Source: Candidatus Dormiibacterota bacterium
Lineage (GTDB): Bacteria > Chloroflexota > Dormibacteria > Aeolococcales > Bog-877
Reading direction: 5' to 3'
DNA length: 54,328 nucleotides
NCBI GenBank assembly: GCA_027306885.1
Contig: DAHUYV010000041.1
Location: 1-54,328, forward strand
Below, piece by piece: positions 21,585 to 31,343 of this stretch (positions are counted from its first letter, which is position 1; every line of letters starts with the position of its first letter). Made by a program: the position numbers and the translations under genes. The notes beneath the pieces were generated by a model. It searched no databases. It had not been told where the DNA came from and saw only the letters and a program-made list of their open reading frames with translations.

Positions 21585-21620
21585 GAGGCGGCTGGCGCCG
21601 TCCGACGAAGGGATGATCCC

Positions 21621-22724
21621 TTGCTGACGCTGCCGCCGGCGCTTCAGGTGAGGCTGGAGCAGGCGCGTCAGCGCCGCCAGGAGTTGGAGGAACGGCTGCA
21701 GGATCCCGACCTCGATCCGCGGGAGCTGGAGCCGGTGGGCCGAGAGCTGGCCCAGCTGCGGCCGGTCCTGGAGCTGATGGGGCGCATCGAGTCGTCCGAC
21801 CGGGCCGCCGAGGAGGCCCAGGCGATGGCGGCCAGTGAGAGCGACTCGGAGCTGCGCGCATACCTGGAGGGCGAAGCCCGGCGGGAGCGCGCCGCGGCGG
21901 CCGGCGCACTCGCCGAGTTGCGCCTGCAGCTTCTGCCCCAGGACCCTGACGAGGAGCGCGACTCGGTGGTGGAGATCCGGGCCGGCACCGGGGGCGAGGA
22001 GGCGGCCCTCTTCGCCGCCGATCTCCTGCGCATGTACCTTCGGTACGCCGAGCGGGAGCGCTGGCGGGTCGAGATGATCGACAGCTCCCCCAGCGAGGCC
22101 GGGGGACTGAAGGAGGTGGTGCTGGAGGTCCACGGCCGGGGCGCCTACGGCCACCTGAAGTTCGAGAGCGGCGTGCACCGGGTGCAGAGGGTGCCTCAGA
22201 CCGAGTCCCAGGGGCGGGTGCACACCTCAGCCGCCAGCGTGGTGGTGCTGCCGGAGGCTGAGGACCTGGAGGTGGACCTCCGCGAGGAGGACATCAAGGT
22301 GGACGTCTTCCGCTCCACCGGGCCGGGTGGCCAGAGCGTCAACACCACCGACTCCGCGGTTCGGATCACCCACCTTCCGACCGGGCTGGTGGTGACCTGC
22401 CAGGACGAGAAGTCCCAGCACAAGAACCGGGCCAAGGCGATGAGGGTGCTGCGCTCCCGCCTCTACGACCGGATGCGGGCCGAGCAGGAGCGGGAGCTGC
22501 GCCAGACCCGACTCTCCATGGTGGGCCACGGCGACCGGAGCGAGAAGATCCGCACCTACAACTTCCGGGAGAACCGGGTCACCGACCACCGGATCGACCT
22601 CACCCTGTACCAGCTACCCCGGGTTCTGGGCGGTGAGCTGGAGCTGCTGGTGGACCCGCTGCGTCAGGAGGAGCAGGCCCGCAAGCTGGCCGGGGCCGAC
22701 GCCGACCCCAGTCCGCTCGTGTGA
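21621..22724 (+). CDS. prfA: Peptide chain release factor 1
   Basis: [11 protein letters not shown], PxT motif (VPQTE), [18 protein letters not shown]. Confidence 0.96.
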   Translation: MLTLPPALQVRLEQARQRRQELEERLQDPDLDPRELEPVGRELAQLRPVLELMGRIESSDRAAEEAQAMAASESDSELRAYLEGEARRERAAAAGALAELRLQLLPQDPDEERDSVVEIRAGTGGEEAALFAADLLRMYLRYAERERWRVEMIDSSPSEAGGLKEVVLEVHGRGAYGHLKFESGVHRVQRVPQTESQGRVHTSAASVVVLPEAEDLEVDLREEDIKVDVFRSTGPGGQSVNTTDSAVRITHLPTGLVVTCQDEKSQHKNRAKAMRVLRSRLYDRMRAEQERELRQTRLSMVGHGDRSEKIRTYNFRENRVTDHRIDLTLYQLPRVLGGELELLVDPLRQEEQARKLAGADADPSPLV

Positions 22725-22949
22725 CGAGTTCGTCAGGTCCGGTCGCACAGCGGTTAGCCGGAGTCCCTGGCGCGTTCTTTCTCATGTGAGCAGTGGTATG
22801 CGGATGCCCATCTCCTTCCGGCGCTGGGCGCAGCTGACCATCTGCCACGGCGGCTGCGGCGGGAGTTGAGTGGGCGCCGGGGGCCGATGCCACTCCGACG
22901 GCCGCACCGGGCCGCGGCAGTCTTCAGCAGATCATAGGAGGGAGTTCAG

Positions 22950-24194
22950 ATGAGAGCAGTCGGAAGGACGTGGCGGACGTTGGCGTTCACCGGGGCTGGG
23001 GTGCTGGCGCTGGCCCTCTCGGTTCCCATGGGGGTACTCGCCGCCGGGGGCCAGGCCGCGACGCCCAGCTCCCAGAGCTCCGGAAATTCCAACCAGGAAG
23101 ACGTCTGGGTGGACAACGTCGGCCAGCCGGCCGGCCCTGGGCACGAGATGGACCCCCATCTGGCCTGCGAGAACATCAACCTTTGGGGGGTGAACCTGGC
23201 CGACGCGACGGGGATATACACCGTCGACGGCTGGGCGCCTTCGGGCAGCGGAAGCGGCGACTACGGCCAGCCCGGCTACAAGCAGGACCAGGCTTGGCCC
23301 GGTACCAAGGCCAACCCGAGCACCGCGACCTGGGCCTACTCCCTGGCCTCCGGCGGTGATCAGGTGCTCAGCGTGATCAACGTGAAGACCCTGATCGCGG
23401 ACGCGATCGCCAACGGCGACCTGCCGGTCAACGGCCAGGGTTTCCACTTCAAGCTCCAGTTCGTCCAGGATCCTCAGAAGCACAAGACCTTCTGGGTGGA
23501 CTGCCCTGGTCCGAGCCCGAGCCCGAGCACCAGCCCTTCGGCTAGCCCTAGCAGCAGCCCGAGCTCGAGCCCCAGTTCTAGCCCGAGCTCTAGCCCCAGC
23601 TCTAGCCCCAGTTCTAGCCCGAGCACCAGTCCGAGCTCTAGCCCCAGTTCTAGCCCGAGCACCAGCCCGAGCCCGAGCACGAGCCCCACTTCCGAGGGCC
23701 CCTCGGTCACCGTGGTCAAGACCAACGACGCGGATGGCAGCGGGACCTACTCCCAATCGGAACAGGCGACTTCGGCGGGACAGTCGGTGAGCTTCCACGC
23801 ACTCATCTCCAATGACAGCCAGTCGGCGGAGTCCATCTCCACCATCACCGACACCTACTCGGGCACCACTGTGAGTGAGTGCTCGAGCCTCATCGGAACG
23901 ATGCTGGCTCCGGGGGCCAGCGTGCTCTGCGCCTTCACGATCGCCGGGTACTCGCCGGCGGTCGGCGCCTCCCTGACCGACACCGTGAAGGTCACGGTGA
24001 CCCATGACGGCGTCAGCGCTGCGGACGAGGCAACGTCCACGGTCACGACCCCGGCGGGCGGTGTCCTCGGCGCCTCCACCACCACACCCGGCACCGGCGC
24101 GGCGCTGGAGGTGGGTATCACCATCGCTCTTATGATCCTGGGCCTCACCCTTCTTGGGCTGGGCCGATGGGTCCGGCGTCAACCGATCGGCTGA
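22950..24194 (+). CDS. Secreted/surface protein with Ser/Pro-rich linker and C-terminal TPGTG-TM-basic anchor
   Basis: AGGAGG RBS, signal peptide, two globular domains separated by (SPSS)n, C-terminal TPGTG + hydrophobic helix + RWVRR. Confidence 0.88.
   Translation: MRAVGRTWRTLAFTGAGVLALALSVPMGVLAAGGQAATPSSQSSGNSNQEDVWVDNVGQPAGPGHEMDPHLACENINLWGVNLADATGIYTVDGWAPSGSGSGDYGQPGYKQDQAWPGTKANPSTATWAYSLASGGDQVLSVINVKTLIADAIANGDLPVNGQGFHFKLQFVQDPQKHKTFWVDCPGPSPSPSTSPSASPSSSPSSSPSSSPSSSPSSSPSSSPSTSPSSSPSSSPSTSPSPSTSPTSEGPSVTVVKTNDADGSGTYSQSEQATSAGQSVSFHALISNDSQSAESISTITDTYSGTTVSECSSLIGTMLAPGASVLCAFTIAGYSPAVGASLTDTVKVTVTHDGVSAADEATSTVTTPAGGVLGASTTTPGTGAALEVGITIALMILGLTLLGLGRWVRRQPIG
23511..23693 (+). 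repeat. Coding tandem repeat, mostly 12-bp units (AGCCCSAGYTCT-like) encoding SPSS/SPST
   Basis: Repeated agcccgagctct / agccccagttct units visible directly. Confidence 0.9.
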
Positions 24195-24203
24195 AGACGC
24201 CTG

Positions 24204-24234
24204 GAGGCGGCGGTGCCCTGGGCACCGCCGCCTC
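24204..24234. terminator. Perfect 14-bp GC hairpin between convergent genes
   Basis: gaggcggcggtgcc-ctg-ggcaccgccgcctc, 9 nt after the stop at 24194; no U-tract. Confidence 0.65.
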
Positions 24235-24479
24235 ACCGGCTAGCGCCGCGACTCAACCGGCGGGGAGTCGGGCCGGGGGTCCGAGGTCCGCTGGCCGGTC
24301 CGGCGCGGCGTTTACCAGGTGGGTCCGGCGAAGGGCCGACGCCTTCGGGACGGCCCGCGAGCCGGGGAGGTGCGGCTGGGCCGCCTCTCCGGCTCTAGGC
24401 AGGAGACCTCGGGGCGCGGGCCCGGCGCCGGCCCAAGCCGCGGGGCCCGAGTCTCCAACCCGCCGCGCCGGCACGCTCC

Positions 24480-25463
24480 TCAGGCGCCACCGTCAGCCGA
24501 CGGGGTGACTGCGGGGGTGCCCCGCCGGCGGCGGCCACCCCGATGCCGACGGCGCCGCGTCGGGCCGCCCGGCTCAACCGGCGCCGCGTCGCTCCCCTCA
24601 CGAGCGTGGACTCGGGTCCGCTCCAGAGGGCGGGGCTCCGGGGGCATGCCCACGGCCAGCACGTCGCCGAGGGTGCTCCAGCCACGCTCCCGGATGCCGA
24701 TCTGCACCAGCTCCACCAGGCACTCGGCGGTCGCCTCGGCGTCGGCGAGCGCGAAGTGAGGCTGCCGGTGGGTCACCCCCAGACGGTCGCAGAGCTTCTC
24801 CAGGCCTATGGTGTCGCGCAGCCCGAAGAGGGAACCGGCGATCCGTGAGGTGTCCAGGTGGTACTTGGGCGGCGGCCGGTCCAGCGCCTTGGCCACCAGG
24901 CGGGTGTCGAAGGCGTCGGCGCTGTGCTCGACCGGGATCGCCCCGCGGGCGAAGTGGTGGAAGGTGAGGGCCACCCGGTGGAGGGGCGGCGCGCCCGTGA
25001 GCATCGAGCGAGAGATCCCGTGGACCCGGCGGGCGTACGGATTTATGTGGTCGGTCGTGTGCACCAGGCTCTCCAGGAACTGCCGGGGGGCCTGGCCGTC
25101 AGCGACCGCGCCGAGCTGGAAGCGCACCGCGCCGAGCTCCACCATCCGATGGGGGAAATGCCCGGTCGTCTCGCAGTCGAGCGCCACGAACTGCGCCTCG
25201 GCGAGGGCGAGGTCGGGGGTGATCTGGTGGGGCGTGGCCCCGAGGTCTCCGTCCCGGGGGTCCAGAAGTGGCAGGCGATTGTGGAACGGTTCGAGCTCGG
25301 GCGAGGGCGGCCCCAGCCGGGGCGCCAGCCGGTCTCCGGGTGCTCCCGGGCCCCGCTCCCGCCCCCAGCGAACCCGCTCGGGGCGGGAGCCGTGCTCGGG
25401 TGTCGGTTCGCTTCCCTCGGCCGCGGGGGAACCTCCGGGCGTCACGGTTTGCACGACCTCCAT
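24480..25463 (-). CDS. DEDDh 3'-5' exonuclease (DnaQ-like) with low-complexity termini
   Basis: ALDCETTG (ExoI), EHSADAFD (ExoII), HFALADA (ExoIII); start uncertain. Confidence 0.82.
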   Translation of the reverse strand: MEVVQTVTPGGSPAAEGSEPTPEHGSRPERVRWGRERGPGAPGDRLAPRLGPPSPELEPFHNRLPLLDPRDGDLGATPHQITPDLALAEAQFVALDCETTGHFPHRMVELGAVRFQLGAVADGQAPRQFLESLVHTTDHINPYARRVHGISRSMLTGAPPLHRVALTFHHFARGAIPVEHSADAFDTRLVAKALDRPPPKYHLDTSRIAGSLFGLRDTIGLEKLCDRLGVTHRQPHFALADAEATAECLVELVQIGIRERGWSTLGDVLAVGMPPEPRPLERTRVHAREGSDAAPVEPGGPTRRRRHRGGRRRRGTPAVTPSADGGA

Positions 25464-25559
25464 CCTATCCCGATGGGCCGAAGCGGAGTTGGCGGCATCC
25501 CGAGGCGCCCGCCGGCGGTACCCTTGGCAGGCTCCGATGGCTGTCAGGTTCCTCGCCCC

Positions 25560-26708
25560 ATGACCGCGGCGGCCGACAGTCTGCCCGCCGGCTTCCCGGA
25601 GTGGCGCCAGGGGCCGCCATGGGTCATGGCCGAGATGATCGCCGCGCAGCCCGGCGTGGCCCGGAGGATCCTCCAGGACCGGTCCGGTCAGGCCCGCCTC
25701 GCGGACCTGGTGCGGGCCGCCGTGGCCGCTGGTGAACGGATCGCCCTCGTGGGCTGCGGCACCAGCGAGCACGCCGCGATGGCGATTGCCCTTGAGCTGG
25801 GTTGGGCGCTCCCCGGGGCATCCCGTCTGCTGGTCCCTCGGCAGGCGCTGGAGGCGGCTTTGGACCCCTGGAAGGGTCTGTGCCTTGCGGTCTCCCACGA
25901 AGGGGAGACCGCGGCCGCCGTGGCCGCGCTCCGCTCGGCGGCAGAGCTCGGCGCAGCGACCGCCCTGATCACCGCGGGCCCCACCAGCACCGCCGGGCGC
26001 GCCGCGGGTCACCTGTGCGTCACCCCGCTCGTGGACCGCTCCTGGTGCCACACCGTGGGGTACCTCTCGCCCCTTCTGGTCGGCGCCGGCCTCGCCTCCC
26101 AGCTGGGAGGGCCGAGGGCCGAGGCGAACACGGTTGGCGATTTCCTCGAGCGCTGCCTGGAGCGCATGGGGGCCCAAGCGGAGGCGGCGGCCGTCCAACT
26201 GAGCTCATCCCGCGACGTCACCTGCGTCGGCGGGGGTGGGGACTACGTCGGCGCCCGTGAGCTGGCGCTGAAGCTGGCTGAGGGATCGAGGGTCGCGGGC
26301 CTGAGCCATCAGCTGGAGACCGTCCTTCACGGCCACCTGGCGGCCCTCGACGGGCGGTCGGCGCTCGTCTTGGTCCTGGCCGACCCCAAGGATGGGCCCC
26401 GGCGTCTGGGGCGCGCCGGACAGGTGTTGGCCGCCGCCGAGAGAGTTGGGGCGGCCACGGCCGTCATCTCCGGCCCCTGGGTCCCCTCCAGCCTTCCCAC
26501 TCCGGCGGTCCGCACCGTCCGGATCGACATCCCGGCCAGCCCTGGCCTCGGCGAACCCCTGGTGGCTCTGCTGGGATCGGCCGTGGCGCTTCAGCTGCTG
26601 GCGGTGAGCTCGGCGACGGCCAGGGGCACCTGCCCGGACCTGATCCGCCGTGAGGAGGCGGCGTATCGCGAGGCCGCCGCCCTGACGGAGGGCGAGTTCC
26701 CGCTCTGA
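25560..26708 (+). CDS. SIS domain sugar-phosphate isomerase/deglycase-like protein
   Basis: EMIAAQP, VGCGTSEHAA, VSHEGET, ELALKLAE, ETVLHG; two SIS domains, no glutaminase domain. Confidence 0.85.
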   Translation: MTAAADSLPAGFPEWRQGPPWVMAEMIAAQPGVARRILQDRSGQARLADLVRAAVAAGERIALVGCGTSEHAAMAIALELGWALPGASRLLVPRQALEAALDPWKGLCLAVSHEGETAAAVAALRSAAELGAATALITAGPTSTAGRAAGHLCVTPLVDRSWCHTVGYLSPLLVGAGLASQLGGPRAEANTVGDFLERCLERMGAQAEAAAVQLSSSRDVTCVGGGGDYVGARELALKLAEGSRVAGLSHQLETVLHGHLAALDGRSALVLVLADPKDGPRRLGRAGQVLAAAERVGAATAVISGPWVPSSLPTPAVRTVRIDIPASPGLGEPLVALLGSAVALQLLAVSSATARGTCPDLIRREEAAYREAAALTEGEFPL

Positions 26709-26761
26709 GCCGGCGCCAAACAGCGGGGCGGCCGACGGCTACCGATATACTCGATCTCAGG

Positions 26762-28024
26762 GTGCCATTCGTCGCCACCGGGATCAGCCACCGTTTGGCG
26801 CCCCTGCCGGTACGGGAGCGGCTCCACCTGGACGAGCGCCAGGTGGTGGAGTCGCTCCAGGCCCTGGTGGGCCACTCGGGACTGGTGGGGGCGGCCTGTC
26901 TCAGCACCTGCAACCGCACTGAGTTCTATCTCCAGACTCGCAACCAGCGGGAGGCCGAGCGCGCCACCCAGCGGTTCTTCCACTACCTCGAGGGGCGGGC
27001 CGAACTGCCGGACCTGGTCCTGAGCCGTACCGGCGTGGAGGCTCTGCGCCACCTGTTTCGGGTGGCCAGCGGGCTGGAGAGCGCGATTCTCGGCGAGGCC
27101 CAGGTGCTGGCTCAGTTCAAGAGGGCCCACAGGCTGGCTCGGGAGGCCGGGACGCTCAGCGGTGAGCTTGACCTGGTCATGCGCCGGGCCATCGAGACCG
27201 CCAAGACCGTGCGCAGCACCACCGGGATCTCCCGCCAGGCGGTGGGGTACGGCCAGGTCGCGGTGGAGGCGGCGCGGCGCCGCCTGGGCCCGCTTCGGGG
27301 CACCGGGGTGCTGATAGTGGGCGGGGGCAGCGTGGGCGGGGCCGCGGCGCGACTTCTGCAGCGGGCCGGCTGCGACCCCATGCTGGTCGCCCGGAGGGGC
27401 CCGCGGGCCGCCGCCCTGGCGGAGTCCGTCGGCGGCCGGCTGGTGGACCTGGAGACCCTCGATGAGCAGAGCGGCAAGGTGGCGCTGGTGGTGTGCAGCA
27501 CCAGCAGCGAGCAGCGGGTGCTCACCGTCGAGGACGTGCGGTCGCTGCGCGGGAGCCAGGAGCGGCTGCTGGTCCTCGATCTCGCCGTGCCTCGGGACGT
27601 GGAGCCGGAGGCGGCAGAGCTGGACGGGGTCCAGCTCCTCGACCTCGACCAGCTGGCCGACGTGGTGGAGGCGAACCTCGGCTCCCGCGAGCTCCACCGC
27701 CCTAAGGCGGACTCGGTGGTGGAGGAGGCGGTCGCGGCCCTCAGCTCCGAGCTGGCGGCCCGCGAGGCGGGGCCGACCATCGCCCGCCTGGTGGACCAGG
27801 CTGAGGTGGTGCGCCGGGGGGAGCTGCGGCGCGCCATGTCGCGGATGCCGGAGTTGGGGGAGGCGGAGCGGCTCCAGCTCGAGCGGCTGACCCAGGCGAT
27901 CGCCGCCAAGTTGATCCACAAGCCGATCACCTTCCTCCGCGAGCACGCCGACGATCCCCAGCGGCGCCGGATCGTGGAGGAGGCGTTCGATCTGGGCGCT
28001 CCCCAGGGCCGGGGAGACTCTTGA
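26762..28024 (+). CDS. hemA: Glutamyl-tRNA reductase
   Basis: LSTCNRTEFY, HLFRVASGLES...GEAQVLAQ, DLAVPRDV. Confidence 0.95.
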   Translation: MPFVATGISHRLAPLPVRERLHLDERQVVESLQALVGHSGLVGAACLSTCNRTEFYLQTRNQREAERATQRFFHYLEGRAELPDLVLSRTGVEALRHLFRVASGLESAILGEAQVLAQFKRAHRLAREAGTLSGELDLVMRRAIETAKTVRSTTGISRQAVGYGQVAVEAARRRLGPLRGTGVLIVGGGSVGGAAARLLQRAGCDPMLVARRGPRAAALAESVGGRLVDLETLDEQSGKVALVVCSTSSEQRVLTVEDVRSLRGSQERLLVLDLAVPRDVEPEAAELDGVQLLDLDQLADVVEANLGSRELHRPKADSVVEEAVAALSSELAAREAGPTIARLVDQAEVVRRGELRRAMSRMPELGEAERLQLERLTQAIAAKLIHKPITFLREHADDPQRRRIVEEAFDLGAPQGRGDS

Positions 28025-28911
28025 TCGTCCTCGGCACCCGGGGAAGCCCTCTGGCCTTGGCCCAGGCCAACCTGGTCGTGCGAGAGCTGCGGCGGCTGGC
28101 CCCGGAAGTTGAGGTGCGGCTGCGGGTCATCGACAGCGAGGGTGACCGCCGGCCCACCGCCCCGCTCAGCGATCCCGGAGTGGATGGATGGTTCACTTCG
28201 CGTCTGCAGGAGGAGCTCAGCCGGGGGGAGGTGGACGCCGCCGTGCACAGCGCCAAGGACCTCCCGACCGAAGCCCCGGCCGGGCTGGCCGTGGTGGCGT
28301 ATCTGGAGAGGGCTGACCCCCGCGATGTGATGGTCACCCACGGTCGCCGGCCCTGGCGGGAGCTCACCCTCGGTGCTCGGGTGGGCACCTCCTCGCCGCG
28401 GCGGGCGGCGCAGCTGACCGACCTGCGGCCCGACCTCCAGACCCTCCCGGTGCGGGGCAACGTTCAGACCCGTTTGCGCAAGGTCGACTCGGGCGAGGTG
28501 GACGCCGTGGTCCTGGCCTCAGCTGGGCTCCAGCGGCTGGGGTTGGACATCGGGGCTGAGGCGCTGGACCCTCGCTCAGAGTGCACACCCGCCCCGGCTC
28601 AGGGCGCGATCGCCGTGGAGGCCACTTCGGGAAGCCCCAGCGGGAAGCTGTTGGAGCAGCTGGACCACCGGCCCACCCGGGCTGCGGTGGAGGCTGAGCG
28701 TCGTCTTCTGAGGGTGATGGGGGGCGGCTGCCGGCTCGCCCTCGGGGCGCTGGCCCAGCCGTGGGGGGAAGAGGGATGGAGGCTCACGGCGGCGTACTGG
28801 TCCGGTGAGGTCCGGTCGGAGCTGCGCCGGTCGACCCTCGAGACCTCCAGCGAGGGAGGGCTGGCGCTGCTGGTCGGAGAGCTGGCCGCCGAGCTGGCTC
28901 TGCCGAGATGA
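28021..28911 (+). CDS. hemC: Hydroxymethylbilane synthase
   Basis: GTRGSPLALAQ, AVHSAKDLP, GTSSPRR, RGNVQTRL, GGGC cofactor Cys. Confidence 0.95.
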   Translation: MIVLGTRGSPLALAQANLVVRELRRLAPEVEVRLRVIDSEGDRRPTAPLSDPGVDGWFTSRLQEELSRGEVDAAVHSAKDLPTEAPAGLAVVAYLERADPRDVMVTHGRRPWRELTLGARVGTSSPRRAAQLTDLRPDLQTLPVRGNVQTRLRKVDSGEVDAVVLASAGLQRLGLDIGAEALDPRSECTPAPAQGAIAVEATSGSPSGKLLEQLDHRPTRAAVEAERRLLRVMGGGCRLALGALAQPWGEEGWRLTAAYWSGEVRSELRRSTLETSSEGGLALLVGELAAELALPR

Positions 28912-29687
28912 GGCCGCTGGCCGGGCAGCGGGTCCTGGTGACCCGCCCGCGGGCCGACGCCGAGGAGCTGTGCGCCCTCCTGGTCGCGGAGGGCGCCGAC
29001 CCCGTCTCCATCCCGGTGGTGCGACTGCGATCCCTCAGGACCGAGATCGAGCTCGAGTCCTGGCGGGCCCGGATCCGGGCCGGGGACTTCGATCTCCTCG
29101 TCTTCACCAGCGCCAACGCGGTGCGCCAGCTGGCCGTTCGGCCCCCCGATGGCGGGACGGTCGAGTTGTATGCGATCGGGCCGGGCACCGCTCGGGCCGC
29201 GGCCCACCTGGGCTGGGATCCGCAGCGGACGCCCGACCGATTCATCGCCGAGTCGTTGGCGGATCTTCTGGTCAACTCCGGTGTCTCGGGGCGCCGGGTG
29301 CTGCTGCCCCGGGCCGCCGGGGCCCGAGACGTCCTGCCCCGGACCCTGGAGGCGGAGGGTGCGCGGGTGGAGGTGGTCGAGCTGTACCGGGCCGAACCGG
29401 AGCTGGATTCGGCAAAAGCGCTCCGGGCCGAGCTCGCCGAGGGGCGGCTGGACTGGCTCACCTTCACCAGCTCGAGCACGGTCTCTGCCTTCGCGGAGCT
29501 GGCCGGACCGGCCCTGCTCTCCCCGGGCTGCCGGGTCGCCTGCATCGGCCCTGTGACCGCTCGGACGGCGATGGCCCTGGGTCTCAAGCCGAGCGTGGTG
29601 GCCCCGGTTCACTCCCTCGAGGGGCTGGTGGCCGCGGTGGCCGCCGCCCCAGTGCCCGACAATGGGACGTCGAATGGCCTTCCCTGA
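28908..29687 (+). CDS. hemD: Uroporphyrinogen-III synthase
   Basis: VLVTRP, FTSANAV, AIGPGTA, FTSSSTV, CIGPVTA. Confidence 0.92.
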   Translation: MRPLAGQRVLVTRPRADAEELCALLVAEGADPVSIPVVRLRSLRTEIELESWRARIRAGDFDLLVFTSANAVRQLAVRPPDGGTVELYAIGPGTARAAAHLGWDPQRTPDRFIAESLADLLVNSGVSGRRVLLPRAAGARDVLPRTLEAEGARVEVVELYRAEPELDSAKALRAELAEGRLDWLTFTSSSTVSAFAELAGPALLSPGCRVACIGPVTARTAMALGLKPSVVAPVHSLEGLVAAVAAAPVPDNGTSNGLP

Positions 29688-30660
29688 CGACCGTCCCCGC
29701 CGCCTGCGGCGCTCGGCGAACCTGCGCCGTCTGGTGCGGGAGGCGAGCCTTCGTGCCGACCACCTGCTGCTTCCCTGCTTTGTGGCTGAGGGGATCCGGG
29801 AGCGCCGGGAGGTGACCACCATGCCCGCGGTCTTCCAGGAGACCGTAGAGAGCCTGCCCCGGCTCGCCACCGAGGCCGTGGAGCTGGGGATCCCCGGACT
29901 TGTCCTGTTCGGCGTCCCGGCCCACAAGGACGCGGTGGGATCGGCGGCCTGGGACGACCAGGGGGTGGTGCAGCAGGCGCTGCGCCGACTGCGCCGCGAG
30001 TTTGGGGACCGGCTGCTGCTGGTGTCCGACGACTGCCTTGACGAGTACACCGATCACGGTCATTGCGGGGTGCTCACGGAAGCCGGGGAGGTGGACAACG
30101 ATCGCACCCTGGAGCTCTACCAGAGGACCGCGATCAGCCAGGCCGCGGCCGGGGCCGACGTGATCGCGCCCTCTGGGATGATGGACGGCCAGGTGGGGGC
30201 GATACGGGAGGCCCTGGATGCCGCCGGCTTCTCCGCAACCGCCATCATGGCCTACTCCGCGAAGTTCGCCTCCTGCTTCTACGGGCCCTTTAGGGACGCC
30301 GCCCTGTGTGCTCCCCAGTTCGGCGATCGCCGCGGCTACCAGATGGATCCCGCCAACCGGCGCGAGGCGATGCGGGAGCTGGAGATGGACCTCCTGGAGG
30401 GAGCCGACGTACTCATGGTGAAGCCGGCGCTCAGCTACCTGGACGTGGTGCGCGAGGCCCGCGATCGTTTCGACGTTCCCCTCGCCTGTTTCTCGGTCTC
30501 CGGTGAGTACGCCATGCTGCGGGCGGCGGCCGCTGCGGGAGCCCTGGACCTCCGGGCCGCGGTCCTGGAGTCCCACCTGTCCATGCGGCGGGCGGGGGCC
30601 GACGTGATCATCACCTACTTCGCGCGTGAGCTGAGCCGGTGGCTCTCGGAGGAGGGCTGA
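29674..30660 (+). CDS. hemB: Porphobilinogen synthase
   Basis: RPRRLR, CLDEYTDHGHCG, APSGMMDG, YSAKFAS..YGPFRDA, MVKPA. Confidence 0.96.
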   Translation: MAFPDDRPRRLRRSANLRRLVREASLRADHLLLPCFVAEGIRERREVTTMPAVFQETVESLPRLATEAVELGIPGLVLFGVPAHKDAVGSAAWDDQGVVQQALRRLRREFGDRLLLVSDDCLDEYTDHGHCGVLTEAGEVDNDRTLELYQRTAISQAAAGADVIAPSGMMDGQVGAIREALDAAGFSATAIMAYSAKFASCFYGPFRDAALCAPQFGDRRGYQMDPANRREAMRELEMDLLEGADVLMVKPALSYLDVVREARDRFDVPLACFSVSGEYAMLRAAAAAGALDLRAAVLESHLSMRRAGADVIITYFARELSRWLSEEG

Positions 30661-31343
30661 TGCCCAGCCGGCGGCGCTGGCTGGGTGCGGGGGTGGCGGC
30701 CCTGACCATGGCGGCGGTGGGGGCCGCCGCGTTCTTCATCAACGTCGGTGCTCAAAGGGAGGTGCGTCCAGTGTCGCTGGCCAACTGCGATCAGGCTCAG
30801 TTCGGGGCGCCCCTCGGGCCGCTCGACCCACCCGCCAGCCTCCGCCACTATGCGAAGGAGCCGGCGTTCACCATCAACACCCAGCGGCTCTACCAGGCCA
30901 CCATCACGGTTCCCGAGGGTGAGATCGTGGTCTGCCTGGTTCCCGACTGGGCCCCGACCACCGTCAACGTCTTCGTGACCCTCGTCCGCAACGGGTATTT
31001 CGACGGCCTGAAGTGGGCGAGAGACCCCAGCACCGCTCCTGGCGGCCCGGTGATCCAGGGGGGCAGCCCCAACGACAACCTCACCGGCGGCCCGGGATTC
31101 CAGTTCAAGAATGAGAAGGTGGTGTCGCCCGCATACAGCGGCGGGGCCTACCAGCCGGGGGCGGTGGCGATGGCCAACGCCGGGGCCAACACCAACGGCA
31201 GCCAGTTCTTCGTCACCCTCTCGAAGTTCACCCTGCCCCCGGACTACAACCTCTTCGGAGAGGTGGTCTCCGGGCTCCAGGTGGCCCAGCGGGTGAAGCG
31301 CGGGGACCCCATGCGGATCACGGTCCGGGAGCAGCTCCCCTGA
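30660..31343 (+). CDS. Cyclophilin-type peptidyl-prolyl isomerase with N-terminal signal/TM
   Basis: APTTVNVF, IQGG, GGPGFQF, AMANAGANTNGSQFF, YNLFGEV. Confidence 0.88.
   Translation: MPSRRRWLGAGVAALTMAAVGAAAFFINVGAQREVRPVSLANCDQAQFGAPLGPLDPPASLRHYAKEPAFTINTQRLYQATITVPEGEIVVCLVPDWAPTTVNVFVTLVRNGYFDGLKWARDPSTAPGGPVIQGGSPNDNLTGGPGFQFKNEKVVSPAYSGGAYQPGAVAMANAGANTNGSQFFVTLSKFTLPPDYNLFGEVVSGLQVAQRVKRGDPMRITVREQLP

Noticed and set aside
22731-22760. tcaggtccgg resembling SRP RNA domain IV, and ggtcgcacag resembling a c-di-GMP-I riboswitch start
   Set aside because: The required GGAA tetraloop/GCAGC of SRP and the GCAAA/GAAA elements of the riboswitch are absent
23511-23693. Possible CRISPR array
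   Set aside because: Contiguous 12-bp in-frame coding repeat with no unique spacers; no cas genes in the window
24480-26198. 572-aa version of the exonuclease ORF
   Set aside because: The N-terminal extension overlaps the SIS gene on the opposite strand; only the part from about 25463 down carries DEDDh motifs
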